Shown: one piece after another, positions 26,228-35,898 of the stretch
How positions within the stretch are numbered: position 1 is the stretch's first letter
Layout of the letters: every line of letters begins with the position of its first letter
Virus record (IMG/VR): IMGVR_UViG_2687453619_000001
Coordinates: 11,484 to 75,483 of that record
Strand: one strand, 5' to 3'
Length of the DNA: 64,000 bases
From: a virus
Lineage: Duplodnaviria > Caudoviricetes
Translations under genes and position numbers: made by a program
Notes under the pieces: model-generated
Databases searched by the model: none
Seen by the model: the letters and a program-made list of their open reading frames with translations, nothing else
What the model was told of the DNA's origin: nothing

Positions 26228-26618
26228 GCCGGAATTTGCTGCAAAAATTTTAGCCGGCGACAAGCGGTTCGAATTCCGTAAGTCGGCATTTGCAAACGTG
26301 TCAGCTAGTTGCATCGTGATTTATGCAACTAAGCCCGTAGGAAAATTGGTAGGTGAATTTGATGTTGAAAAAGTCTATGTAGATGCACCTGAGAAGATAT
26401 GGGATCGCACTAAAAAATTTGCCGGAATTGCGAAAGAGCGTTACGACGAGTATTACAGTGGTCGAAGTAAGGCCGTTGCTATTGCTGTTGGTGAAGTTAG
26501 GAAATACAAAGTTCCGCTGGATTTGGCGTCGATTGGGGAGCGAATTGTTCCCCCGCAATCATTCAGATATTTACCATCAGATGATTTGAGCGCCGAAAAG
26601 CAGCTCGTGCTGGTATGA
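26205..26618 (+). CDS. ASCH domain protein
   Basis: LLSIKPEFAAKILAGDKRFEFRK (GxKxxExR), YATKPV, PPQSFRY. Confidence 0.88.
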   Translation: MRILLSIKPEFAAKILAGDKRFEFRKSAFANVSASCIVIYATKPVGKLVGEFDVEKVYVDAPEKIWDRTKKFAGIAKERYDEYYSGRSKAVAIAVGEVRKYKVPLDLASIGERIVPPQSFRYLPSDDLSAEKQLVLV

Positions 26619-26636
26619 AAATTCAAAATTCTTGAG

Positions 26637-27170
26637 GTGGCCGTGAAAACGACTATTTTGAATAGGGAATACCTTTGGAGGAATCCTGAAGAAAGCCTAT
26701 TGCTTCTTTCGGATACCAGAAAAATGTTGACTCGAATGTCAGATTTGTACCCGGATTTTAAAAAATGGTTCGATACTAAAGTTCGGGCGGGTGTCGACAA
26801 TGGGAGTAGATCAATTATTCTCGCCCATGCAAACGGTGTTTTAGCAGGTGTAGCAATTGTTAAGGATACAAAATTTGAGCAAAAACTCTGCTGCCTAAGG
26901 GTTGTAGAGGATTTTAATGGGTCTGGCCTCGGACTCAAGCTATTTGAGAAAGCTTTCGATGTATTGAAAAACGAAAACCCGTTGCTTTCCGTATCGGAGG
27001 AGCATTATGAGACTTTTGCGAAAATATTTCGTCACTATGGCTTCGAATTTGGTAAGGCCTACGACGAATTGTATCGGCCTAAGAAAATTGAACTTAGTTT
27101 TAATGGTCTCTTGGTTCCCGAAAATACATTACTTGAGAAGGCCACTGAGACAATTGATTGTTCGCTTTAA
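26637..27170 (+). CDS. GNAT acetyltransferase
   Basis: KLCCLRVVEDFNGSGLGLKLF acetyl-CoA motif, F..YGF. Confidence 0.8.
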   Translation: MAVKTTILNREYLWRNPEESLLLLSDTRKMLTRMSDLYPDFKKWFDTKVRAGVDNGSRSIILAHANGVLAGVAIVKDTKFEQKLCCLRVVEDFNGSGLGLKLFEKAFDVLKNENPLLSVSEEHYETFAKIFRHYGFEFGKAYDELYRPKKIELSFNGLLVPENTLLEKATETIDCSL

Positions 27171-28385
27171 AAGTGTTTGAAAGAGCGCTTTTTTGCGAAA
27201 CCAATCAAAAATATTTCCCGAAAAAATCAACAAAATAGCGATCAAGAGAATCAACAAAATAAGAAAAACGTTGTTAGTGTCGTCTCCACCCCAAGATCCA
27301 AAGAAATGTCCGCTTTTGAATTTTATGATTTCCCAGGCGCCGTTGCCAGCCATCCCAAAAACGAGACCTAGTCCAATAAATCGAAATATTTGTGAAGTGC
27401 TTGAGCTTGTACGAGAAAATCGTCCAAGCGCAACTAAATCCTTTACATGTCCTGCTTCGTTCCCGCCGCCTTTTATGGCTTTAGTCCACTGATAACCTAA
27501 GTAATTTCTAACTGAGCCATCAGTTGTTATTGGTGCGTTTACATTGCTTCTTACGTATTCATTCCACACATCTTCATCCATTAGTGAGCGGCAGCCGACA
27601 AAATTTTGCCCCTCGAATATGCACTCTTGGGAGCGATTTATGGTCAGAAAAAAATGGATTTTCTTAAACTTTGGAAAATGTGTATTCGAATCCCCCGCAA
27701 GAAGCTCGTCGGGAATACCTCTTCGCACGTTGATCCGGAAGTCGATGATTCGAGTCTCAATGAATGAACTTAATATATTTCTATCTGGCTGACAAAATGT
27801 CGCTTGATAGATGGCATGTGGGACGTTTTTTATCCGAAACCGTAGGTAAATTTTGGAGGATATTGATGCATATCCAGACAGCGCTGTGTCAGATAAATTT
27901 ATTCGTAAAATTGTCATCTCTCCCTCCCCGGTGAGTCTCGGAAAAACGGAGAAATGAGTAGAGTTTAAACGGAGCAATACGAATTCTGTTTTTTGTTCGG
28001 TCGAACTTTTCTTCGTCTGCTGATCATTGTCTTTTAGAAATGAGACGCTTGCAAAAGGTTCGTCGGCGCTTCCATCGTACCTGACAGCTTCATTAAATAT
28101 TGCGGCGATACTTTTTTCGCTGTTGAGCCGTGTGCCAAGATCCATTATCGCTTCAGCGCCTAATTTCCATGGGAGTACGACCTCGATGGCATTGACCTCG
28201 GCGCGGTTCGAAATCAAGATGCCTATGTCAATAAATGGCCGGCTCCCGACTTCCCATAAATTTACGTGAAGCTCATCAGCAGCAGCGTCAACGGGAGTTG
28301 ACGTTGAAACGTCGCCTTCGTTCGTCTGTCTTGCAACATATCTGACGATTATTCCGGAAAAAGGATGCACCGCGTACCCCCCCAC
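27129..28385 (-). CDS. Hypothetical protein, large soluble domain plus two C-terminal TM helices
   Basis: 418-aa ORF; hydrophobic FIGLGLVFGMAG and VFLILLILLIAILLIF; start uncertain. Confidence 0.7.
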   Translation of the reverse strand: MGGYAVHPFSGIIVRYVARQTNEGDVSTSTPVDAAADELHVNLWEVGSRPFIDIGILISNRAEVNAIEVVLPWKLGAEAIMDLGTRLNSEKSIAAIFNEAVRYDGSADEPFASVSFLKDNDQQTKKSSTEQKTEFVLLRLNSTHFSVFPRLTGEGEMTILRINLSDTALSGYASISSKIYLRFRIKNVPHAIYQATFCQPDRNILSSFIETRIIDFRINVRRGIPDELLAGDSNTHFPKFKKIHFFLTINRSQECIFEGQNFVGCRSLMDEDVWNEYVRSNVNAPITTDGSVRNYLGYQWTKAIKGGGNEAGHVKDLVALGRFSRTSSSTSQIFRFIGLGLVFGMAGNGAWEIIKFKSGHFFGSWGGDDTNNVFLILLILLIAILLIFSGNIFDWFRKKALFQTLLKRTINCLSGLLK

Positions 28386-28487
28386 TTAGTTATTGATTTT
28401 CAGCAAGCATAACACTTGAGGTAACTAAATTAGTGCTGAGTAATGATTTTCAATGTTTAGAGAGTAGCAATGAAAAGATGGGAGGCT

Positions 28488-29021
28488 TTAATTTGGTAAC
28501 TCGTCAAAAAAACTGTCCATGACCTTTGTGAACGAAATTTCAGTGGGCGCAAAAAGCACTTCAAGACGAATGTTTAAAGCTCTGCAGACTAATTCGGCTT
28601 GTTTTTTTTCTGCCGCGCTAAATGTGGCGATATTTTCTACCAAAAAATTTGCATCACGGTCCCCCAATCTCTTCTGCACGATCTCCGGACTATCTTCCAA
28701 TAAGACAATTCCATTAAGATTCAGCGCGGAAAAAATTTCAGGATCAATTGGCTGCAGCTTCCCCTCAAAATCTTTGAGGACAAAGTGGCCATCAAGTAGA
28801 AGTTCTCTTCCAGACGCATGAATTTTTTCTACGGCCTTGATTAATGCGGTCTGATTTTTATCTATGTCTCCTACCAATTTGTTTTTGGTCCAATTTGCAA
28901 CAAGAAGCTCCTCGCGGATGAGTGTACTTGCAGTTGCATGAATGATATTTTTGCCTGCAACGTATTTATCGCTGAGGTATGTTTTACCGACACCATGAAC
29001 ACCCGCAACAAATATGACCAT
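28488..29021 (-). CDS. Adenylate/NMP-kinase-like P-loop protein
   Basis: IFVAGVHGVGKT, LLLDGHF, RLGDRD lid. Confidence 0.8.
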   Translation of the reverse strand: MVIFVAGVHGVGKTYLSDKYVAGKNIIHATASTLIREELLVANWTKNKLVGDIDKNQTALIKAVEKIHASGRELLLDGHFVLKDFEGKLQPIDPEIFSALNLNGIVLLEDSPEIVQKRLGDRDANFLVENIATFSAAEKKQAELVCRALNIRLEVLFAPTEISFTKVMDSFFDELPN

Positions 29022-29249
29022 TTTATTTTTTCCTTGTTAGAAAGCCGCATTTCAAGAAAGGTAATGACGAAATTTTTCACCTGTTGCAAGTATTTTACAC
29101 AGATATCAATTGCGGCATTTTTACCGTATTTGCTTTTAAAGTGTGGCTTCATTTCGCGCAACAGCGATGATCCGACCCCCGTAGTGCGCGCCTCACAACC
29201 TGATGTATGGTGCGCAGTTCGATCGGTTTGAGCGCAATCGCGGTAAAAA

Positions 29250-29459
29250 TTAGCGCCCAGCACGGCGAAGCGCTGCTTTTTCCTTGTCGTAGTCATCGCG
29301 GCAATCCATATTGCAAAACAGAAGCGCCGGCGCGATCTGCTCGTCGCAAAAATGGCAGCGACCGTCACTTTCCAACATTTGCTGCTTTCTGACATGTGCC
29401 ATGGCGTTATGCACGTCTTTCTCAATGCGCCAGATGGCGCGGTCTGCGATGTCGCTCAT
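29250..29459 (-). CDS. TraR/DksA-like C4 zinc-finger protein
   Basis: N-terminal DIADRA, CHFC...FCNMDC; ATGA-coupled to portal. Confidence 0.6.
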   Translation of the reverse strand: MSDIADRAIWRIEKDVHNAMAHVRKQQMLESDGRCHFCDEQIAPALLFCNMDCRDDYDKEKAALRRAGR

Positions 29460-30520
29460 TGCTTGTTTCCCTCTCCTGTCAATAATTCGTATTTTTCAAA
29501 TTTCACGACCTCGATGCCTAGCCAATCGTTGAGCGCCATGAACTGAGATTGCAGCGGCACCAGCTCGTTGCGGGCAAATACCCGGGCGGCCGGTTCAATC
29601 GCGCCGAACCCGCCGGTATTGTTCGGCATGATTCCCATCAGCTGAGGCGGCACGCGATGGCCGGCCAGCACGTCGTCGCGGGTGACTCCCTTGATGTTGA
29701 AAAACTCATCCTTCGCCGCCACGTCTGATACCGGCAGGATCTGGATCCCGTCTTTCTTCCCGTTCGGCGCGTACATGAACAGATTGCGGAAATTGCCCGG
29801 CCCTTTGCTGTCGCGCATGGCCTGCCGCAAGTTGTCGACGTCTTTCACGTTGGCGGCCGGATCGGTCATGTAGAACACGAAGCCGGCGTGTGAGCCGTTC
29901 TTGTAATACTTGCGCCGGAACAGGGTGGCTGCCTCATTCAACCAGGCCGATTGCAGGGCGGAGAGGTATTGCGGCACGCCGTACACCTCCTGGTTCAGAT
30001 CCGGATCCATCAAATGAAAAACGGATCCCTTGTCGAAGGTATATTCCTGCTGCCATCCCGCCACAAAATAGTAGGTATCCAGATCCTTGCCGCGCCGCAT
30101 GTACTTCGCCAGGGAGTGCTTTAGCTGTAGGGGTTGGCGGCTAAGGCTGGCGCGCTTCTCCAGATAGCCATTGCCGAAGGTCAGGAAATCCAGCACGAAG
30201 CGTTTAAACGTATCCCGCGACAGGTACTTGTGCGGGATGAATGTCGAGGTCAGGATGTTGGTTTTAAAATAAATGGCGCTGCTGTGGTGGACGCTGGCGT
30301 GAAACGATTTCGCGAGACCCGCCAGGCTGACCGGCGGCTCGTACCACTTGCCGTTGAGCCAGCACTCAAAACAGTCCAGCACCTCGCTGTGATCGAGAAC
30401 CGGTGTCGGGTCGCCAAAGCTAAACGCCTCCATACCGCCGCCGGCGCGGGGTACGTCTGCCAGCGGCGCCGGCGGTGTCTCGGCATGCTGCGCGGCGCGC
30501 CGATGCTGCTTTCTGCTCAT
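29456..30520 (-). CDS. Q: Portal protein gpQ
   Basis: AFSFGDP, WYEPPVS, FRRKYYKNGSHAG, HRVPPQLMG. Confidence 0.97.
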   Translation of the reverse strand: MSRKQHRRAAQHAETPPAPLADVPRAGGGMEAFSFGDPTPVLDHSEVLDCFECWLNGKWYEPPVSLAGLAKSFHASVHHSSAIYFKTNILTSTFIPHKYLSRDTFKRFVLDFLTFGNGYLEKRASLSRQPLQLKHSLAKYMRRGKDLDTYYFVAGWQQEYTFDKGSVFHLMDPDLNQEVYGVPQYLSALQSAWLNEAATLFRRKYYKNGSHAGFVFYMTDPAANVKDVDNLRQAMRDSKGPGNFRNLFMYAPNGKKDGIQILPVSDVAAKDEFFNIKGVTRDDVLAGHRVPPQLMGIMPNNTGGFGAIEPAARVFARNELVPLQSQFMALNDWLGIEVVKFEKYELLTGEGNKQ

Positions 30521-32304
30521 GATGTATATAGCTCCATAAAGGATTGGGTGTTCTCGTTGGCGCCCTCGAATGGTTCGTGATCGAGTGCGTGCATGCAGGC
30601 CCACGCCAGGTCGGCATGGCCGGTTTCATCGGTACGGCCGGCGTCATAGGTGACTTGCCGCCCGCTCGTGGTGAGGGTTTTGCGGATGGTCATGAAGGAC
30701 TGCGCAATGTCGGTCCAGCCGGCGTCGAATTCCAGCCGCGCCTTGTTGACGATGTTTTGCGCCTTCAGCACCATCCGGGTTTTGACTTCCGGCGAGTAGT
30801 TGATCGCCGTCGCCAGCGGGAAGAACTGTTTCACCAGGGGGTACACGCCGACGCCCATGCCGGTGGTGTCGATGCCGATATAGGCGACGTTGTAGCGGGT
30901 CGTCATCTCCTTGATCGCCTTGGCCTGCGCCTCGAAGTCGATGCCGCGCCACTGGAAGCGCTCCAGGATGCGGAATTTGCCGCCGGCGACCAGGGGCGGG
31001 GCGATCACCACGCAGCCAGCGCTGTCGCCGGTCAATGAGGGGTCGTAGCCGATCCAGACCGGCCGGTCACCGAAGGGGCGGCTGGCGAACGGCTTATAGT
31101 CGTCCCAACTGACCCAGGAATCGATCATGCAGCGCTGCAAGGCCATCAACGGGAACACGGATTGCGTGTCGTCGATGAAGTTGCACATCAGCAGATTTTC
31201 AAACTGGTCCGGGCTGTACTCGAAATTGCGCAGCTCATCGATGTCGAACAGATTGCAACCGCCGCGCTCGGCGTCGAGGATGGTGACGATCTGGCGCCAC
31301 ATCTTGTCCTCACCTGTAAAGCCGCTGGACAGCTTCAAATGGCTGATATCGATGTCGACCTGGTCAGCCTTCGCCCGGCGCTTGTTGAACAGTTCGCCGG
31401 TCCAGAACGGATACGCCTGGTGCGTGATCGAGGAGGGCGTCGAAAAGTAGGTCTTGCGCCACTGCTTATGCAGCGCCATGCCTGACGCGACCTTGTTAAG
31501 CTCCTGGAAGTTGTGGGTCCAGAAAAACTCGTCAAAGTAGAAATTGCCGTGATAGCCCTGGGCGGTGCGCGCATTGGTCCCAAGGAAATACAAGTGGGCG
31601 CCGTTCGGCAGCACAATCGGGTCGCCGGCCAGCTCGATGCCGGCGGCCTCCTTGGCGAACTGGATGATGTACTGCTTAAAAACGTGTGCTTGCGCCTTGG
31701 ACGCTGACAGGAAGATCTGATTGCGGCCGGTTTGCATCGCGTCGGCCAGCGCCTCCCGGGCAAAGTACCAGGTCGCACCGATCTGGCGCGATTTTAAGAT
31801 CACCCGGGTTCTTTGGTCGCCGTTGCGATGCCATACCTTCTGGTAATCGAACAGGGAGTCCCTGAATGCCTCCAGTAGCTTGTCTTTCTGCTCCTCGCTG
31901 AAATCGTTCCTTGTCGGCTTCTTCTTTGGTTCGGCGTTACGGTTCGCCAGCTTCGGGTTCAGGTCGACTTCGTTGCCACCCGGCGCCTCATAGCGGCGCA
32001 CCCGGGCAGTCTGCACCACCTGGCGCATCAAGAGGTCTATTTCCTTGAAATCGCCGCCGGTCTTGGCGTCCTTGGTGATCAGCTGCACCAGGCGCGATTC
32101 CAGCGTGGCTTCGATCTTCTCCAGCGGAGTGGCTTTGTCCCATTCGTCGCGCTGTTTCCAGCTCTCGATGGTCGTGCGCTTCTGCAGCAGGTGTTTGGCA
32201 ATGGAGGTGACGCGCCAGCCTTGCCAGTACAGGTGCTTGGCAATGCGGCGCGGATCCACTTCGGGTTCTATTTCGGCAGGGTGTTCTTCGATCAATTCAG
32301 ACAT
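30517..32304 (-). CDS. P: Terminase ATPase subunit gpP
   Basis: LYWQGW, LKSRQIGATWYFAREA, YFDEFFW, GHADLAWA. Confidence 0.97.
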   Translation of the reverse strand: MSELIEEHPAEIEPEVDPRRIAKHLYWQGWRVTSIAKHLLQKRTTIESWKQRDEWDKATPLEKIEATLESRLVQLITKDAKTGGDFKEIDLLMRQVVQTARVRRYEAPGGNEVDLNPKLANRNAEPKKKPTRNDFSEEQKDKLLEAFRDSLFDYQKVWHRNGDQRTRVILKSRQIGATWYFAREALADAMQTGRNQIFLSASKAQAHVFKQYIIQFAKEAAGIELAGDPIVLPNGAHLYFLGTNARTAQGYHGNFYFDEFFWTHNFQELNKVASGMALHKQWRKTYFSTPSSITHQAYPFWTGELFNKRRAKADQVDIDISHLKLSSGFTGEDKMWRQIVTILDAERGGCNLFDIDELRNFEYSPDQFENLLMCNFIDDTQSVFPLMALQRCMIDSWVSWDDYKPFASRPFGDRPVWIGYDPSLTGDSAGCVVIAPPLVAGGKFRILERFQWRGIDFEAQAKAIKEMTTRYNVAYIGIDTTGMGVGVYPLVKQFFPLATAINYSPEVKTRMVLKAQNIVNKARLEFDAGWTDIAQSFMTIRKTLTTSGRQVTYDAGRTDETGHADLAWACMHALDHEPFEGANENTQSFMELYTS

Positions 32305-32343
32305 GCCGCAAGCGTATGCGTCGCGCGCGTGTAGCGGGGAAAG

Positions 32344-32376
32344 CAGAGGGTTGATATACGGCTTATCAACCCTCTG
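32344..32376. promoter_or_regulatory. Late-promoter dyad between divergent P and O
   Basis: CAGAGGGTTGATA-N7-TATCAACCCTCTG. Confidence 0.7.
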
Positions 32377-32445
32377 TTTGTTGTCGCATCCCGCGCCAAG
32401 GCCGACCATGGAGTCCTTATCCAGCACTCACACCGAGCCGACACC

Positions 32446-33297
32446 ATGTCAACAGCCAAACCGACTGCATCAACCAAATCAAAATTCTTCCGTGTCGCCG
32501 TCGAAGGCGCCACGACTGACGGCCGCGTGATCGACCGCTCTTTCATTGAGCAGATGGCCGCGACCTTCAATCAGCAACTCTACGGCGCCCGCGTCTGGTT
32601 GGAGCATCTGCGCAGCACCTTGCCGGATGGCCCCTTTAAAGCCTATGGCGATGTGCTGGCGGTGAAAGCGGAAGAGGTCATTCTCAACGGCGTCAAGAAG
32701 CTGGCCCTGTTTGCACAGATCTCGCCGACACCGGAGCTGGTGGCGATGAACAAGGCCCGCCAGAAGATCTACACCAGCATCGAGATCAATCCTAAATTTG
32801 CTGATACCGGCGAAGCCTACCTGGTCGGCCTGGCCGTGACCGACAGCCCGGCCAGCCTCGGCACCGAAATGCTGGCGTTCGCGGCACAGCATCCCGATGT
32901 CAACCCACTCGCCAGCCGCAAGCAAGATCCCGACAACCTGTTCACAGCGGCGGTGGAAACCGCACTGGAATTTGAAGACACCCCAACCGAACCCGAAGGA
33001 ATCAAATTGTCCGACACCGTCAAAGCCATCCTGAAGCGCTTTACCAATAAAACCGCCAAAGACCAGCTCCAGTTCGCCGATATCACCGAGGCCGTGTCCG
33101 AGCTGGCAACGCATGTCAGTGAGAGCGCTGAGCAGTATGCCGCTGCAGTGACGCGCATCGAAACGCTGGAAACGGCGCTGAAAGAGTCCAACGACGCTTT
33201 TGCCGCCTTCAAGCAGCAGGTTGACGGCACTGACGCCAACCCGACGCAGCGTCCGACAGCATCGGGCGGCGCCGGCGCGTTGCAAACCGATTTCTAA
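32446..33297 (+). CDS. O: Capsid scaffolding protein gpO
   Basis: FFRVAVEGATTDGR, GLAVTDSPASLGTE. Confidence 0.97.
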   Translation: MSTAKPTASTKSKFFRVAVEGATTDGRVIDRSFIEQMAATFNQQLYGARVWLEHLRSTLPDGPFKAYGDVLAVKAEEVILNGVKKLALFAQISPTPELVAMNKARQKIYTSIEINPKFADTGEAYLVGLAVTDSPASLGTEMLAFAAQHPDVNPLASRKQDPDNLFTAAVETALEFEDTPTEPEGIKLSDTVKAILKRFTNKTAKDQLQFADITEAVSELATHVSESAEQYAAAVTRIETLETALKESNDAFAAFKQQVDGTDANPTQRPTASGGAGALQTDF

Positions 33298-33357
33298 GCG
33301 ACGCAGCCGGCCGCCATATTCCAACTTTGAACCCATACCCGACAGGAGCATGACCAC

Positions 33358-34362
33358 ATGAGAAAAAACACCCGAATCGCCTATAACCAGTACGCGCAGC
33401 GCGTAGCGCAACTGAATGACGCCAGCAACGTTGTCGAGACGTTCAGTGTGGATCCCAGCATTCAGCAGAAGCTGGAAACCCGCATGCAGGAGTCCAGCGA
33501 ATTCCTGGGCAAGATCAATATCATAGGCGTGACCGAGCAAGAAGGCGAGAAGCTGGGTCTCGGCATTTCCGGCCCGACTGCCAGCCGCACCAATACCGAC
33601 AAAGGCGACCGAAAGACCCGCGACCTGTCCACCCTGGATAACCAGCGCTACCGCTGCGAAAAAACGAACTTCGATACGCATATCGGCTACGCCAAGCTCG
33701 ATGCCTGGGCGAAATTTCCCGACTTCCAGCAACGCATTGCCAACAACATCCTGCAGCGCCAGGCGCTGGACCGGATGATGATCGGTTTTAACGGCACCAC
33801 CATTGCCGCCGACACCGACCTGGTGAAATATCCGATGCTGCAGGATGTCAATAAGGGCTGGCTGCAGCACTACCGCGAACAAGCGCCCCAGCGCGTGCTG
33901 CACGAAGGTAAGACCCCCGGCAAGGTGGTCGTCGGCGCCGGCGGCGACTATGCCAACCTGGACGCCGTGGTGTACGACGCCATCACCTTGCTGGATCCTT
34001 GGTATCAACAAGACAGCGGCTTGGTCGCCATCGTCGGCCGTGGCCTGTTGCATGACAAGTATTTCCCCCTGGTGAACACCAAGCAGGCGCCGACCGAAAC
34101 CCTGGCAGCCGACATCGTCATCAGCCAGAAGAGAATCGGCGGCCTGCAGGCGGCCACCGTACCGTATTTCCCGGAACACGCCATCCTGATTACCCGCTTC
34201 GACAACCTGTCGATCTACTGGCAAGAGGGCGGCCGCAGGCGCCGGGTGGAAGATGTTCCCAAGCGTGACCGTATCGAAAACTACGAATCGTCCAATGATT
34301 CCTATGTGATCGAAGATCTCGGCCTGGGCGCTTTTGTCGAAAATCTTGAGCTGGTGGCCTGA
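33358..34362 (+). CDS. N: Major capsid protein gpN
   Basis: LDAWAKFPDFQ, ALDRMMIGFNG, QDVNKGWLQ, NLSIYWQ. Confidence 0.97.
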   Translation: MRKNTRIAYNQYAQRVAQLNDASNVVETFSVDPSIQQKLETRMQESSEFLGKINIIGVTEQEGEKLGLGISGPTASRTNTDKGDRKTRDLSTLDNQRYRCEKTNFDTHIGYAKLDAWAKFPDFQQRIANNILQRQALDRMMIGFNGTTIAADTDLVKYPMLQDVNKGWLQHYREQAPQRVLHEGKTPGKVVVGAGGDYANLDAVVYDAITLLDPWYQQDSGLVAIVGRGLLHDKYFPLVNTKQAPTETLAADIVISQKRIGGLQAATVPYFPEHAILITRFDNLSIYWQEGGRRRRVEDVPKRDRIENYESSNDSYVIEDLGLGAFVENLELVA

Positions 34363-34363
34363 G

Positions 34364-35080
34364 ATGCGTGAACTGTCTCCCGCCCAGCGGCACCGGGTTC
34401 GCGTACTGGCCGAGCGCGATGCCGCCAGCGCCGAACCCGGCGGCCCAACTTCCGGCTCTCAGTACGAGCTGCAGTTGTACCAGTTGGCCGAGGACCGGCG
34501 CCGCCTGAAAAACATCCAGTCGATCAAGAGCAAGATCGCACTGAAGGCGCAGTTGCTGCCGAAGTATCAGATCTGGGTCGACGGCGTGCTGGCGGCGGGG
34601 AAGGGCGGCCAGGACGATGTACTGACGACCATCCTGGTCTGGTCTATCGATGCCGGCGACTATGAGCGTGCCGTGCAGATCGCCAGCTATGCCGTGACGC
34701 ACAAGATGACATTGCCGGATCAGTACAACCGCGACATTCCGACCGTGCTGCTGGACGAGTTCTCTGAGGCGTTCCTGCACGGGAAGCTGGCCGAGGATCC
34801 GGCACTGGCGGTCAGGGTGCTGGCCCAGATCGAGCATCTGACTAAAGACAGCGACGTGCCGGACCAGGCCCGCGCCAAGCTGCACAAGGCGCTGGGCTAT
34901 GCGTTGCTGGTACAGGCCAATGACGGCGACGATAAGCGAGATCTGGCCGGTCTGTCTCTGGAATACGCCCAGGCAGCCTATGGCAGCCTGACCCGCGCCT
35001 TGGAGTTGTTTCAAGGCGTGGGCGTCAAGAAAGATATTGAAACCCTTGAACGTCGCTTGAAGAAAGCGACACAAGGCTAA
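34364..35080 (+). CDS. M: Terminase endonuclease subunit gpM
   Basis: SPAQRHR, QDDVL..ILVW.IDAGD, RAKLHKALG, GVKKDIE. Confidence 0.93.
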   Translation: MRELSPAQRHRVRVLAERDAASAEPGGPTSGSQYELQLYQLAEDRRRLKNIQSIKSKIALKAQLLPKYQIWVDGVLAAGKGGQDDVLTTILVWSIDAGDYERAVQIASYAVTHKMTLPDQYNRDIPTVLLDEFSEAFLHGKLAEDPALAVRVLAQIEHLTKDSDVPDQARAKLHKALGYALLVQANDGDDKRDLAGLSLEYAQAAYGSLTRALELFQGVGVKKDIETLERRLKKATQG

Positions 35081-35098
35081 ACGAGCACCCCCTGGCGC

Positions 35099-35159
35099 AC
35101 GGCGGCGCGGGTCGATTACCGATGCCTGGCATGTAGGTATGACGCCCGCCCACCGCCGT
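35099..35159 (+). other. Imperfect long hairpin between M and L
   Basis: ACGGCGG..GCGGG pairs with CCCGC..CCGCCGT. Confidence 0.45.
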
Positions 35160-35178
35160 TTTTTTGGAAGTTACCCCT

Positions 35179-35673
35179 ATGAGCTTTCTTGCTGTCGAGC
35201 CTTCGACACCCTCAACACCACCACCGCCGCCTGCTTCTCCCATTGTCGAAAACGATGGCTTCTATGTGGATATCCACTTGCCGCAGATGCGCGACGCGGT
35301 GCGCCTGGACGGCACCGTCACCGACGTGCGCCTGCGGGAGGCCGTGATCGCAGCCATCTTGCACGTCAATGACGAGCTGCGGGACTGGAAGCTGCTGCAG
35401 ATTGCTGCCGGCTACGCGTCGCTGGCGGCCGTGCCGGCGGACCGCATCGACCGCGAGAGCGTGCTAATTTCCCTCTATCGCCGCGCCGTCTACTGCAGCG
35501 CCAAAGCCGATCTGATCGAGCGCTACCGCGATTACGACAGCACGGCATCGTCGCTGTCCGATAAAAAGATGATGGAGGCGCTGGACAACGCACCAGGCGA
35601 CCAGCGGCGCAATGCCCATTGGGCCATTGCGGACATCATTGGCCGCTCTCACTTGACCGTTGAGCTGATCTGA
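35179..35673 (+). CDS. L: Head completion protein gpL
   Basis: RLDGTVTD.RL, LYRRAVY, ERYRDYD, TVELI. Confidence 0.93.
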   Translation: MSFLAVEPSTPSTPPPPPASPIVENDGFYVDIHLPQMRDAVRLDGTVTDVRLREAVIAAILHVNDELRDWKLLQIAAGYASLAAVPADRIDRESVLISLYRRAVYCSAKADLIERYRDYDSTASSLSDKKMMEALDNAPGDQRRNAHWAIADIIGRSHLTVELI

Positions 35674-35882
35674 TGGAGGTACGTGCTCAACAACATGACA
35701 CGTTGGATCTGCTGTGCTGGCGTCACCTGGGCGCGACCGCCAATGTAGTCGAGGCAGCACTAGAACTGAATCCCGGCTTGGCCGACTACGGGCCGATCCT
35801 GCCGCACGGCCTCCTGGTCACCTTGCCCGAACCAACAGCTACCCCCACTAAAACCGCCCAGGTCGTCAACCTCTGGGACTAA
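35673..35882 (+). CDS. X: Tail protein X
   Basis: DTLDLLCWRH, NPGLA, VNLWD. Confidence 0.93.
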   Translation: MEVRAQQHDTLDLLCWRHLGATANVVEAALELNPGLADYGPILPHGLLVTLPEPTATPTKTAQVVNLWD

Positions 35883-35898
35883 CCGCGAGATTCTCACT

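Noticed and set aside
29172-29200. Third cos-like sequence (minus strand GTGAGGCGCGCACTACGGGGG)
   Set aside because: Only partial similarity, opposite orientation, and lacks the GGCGGGG core.
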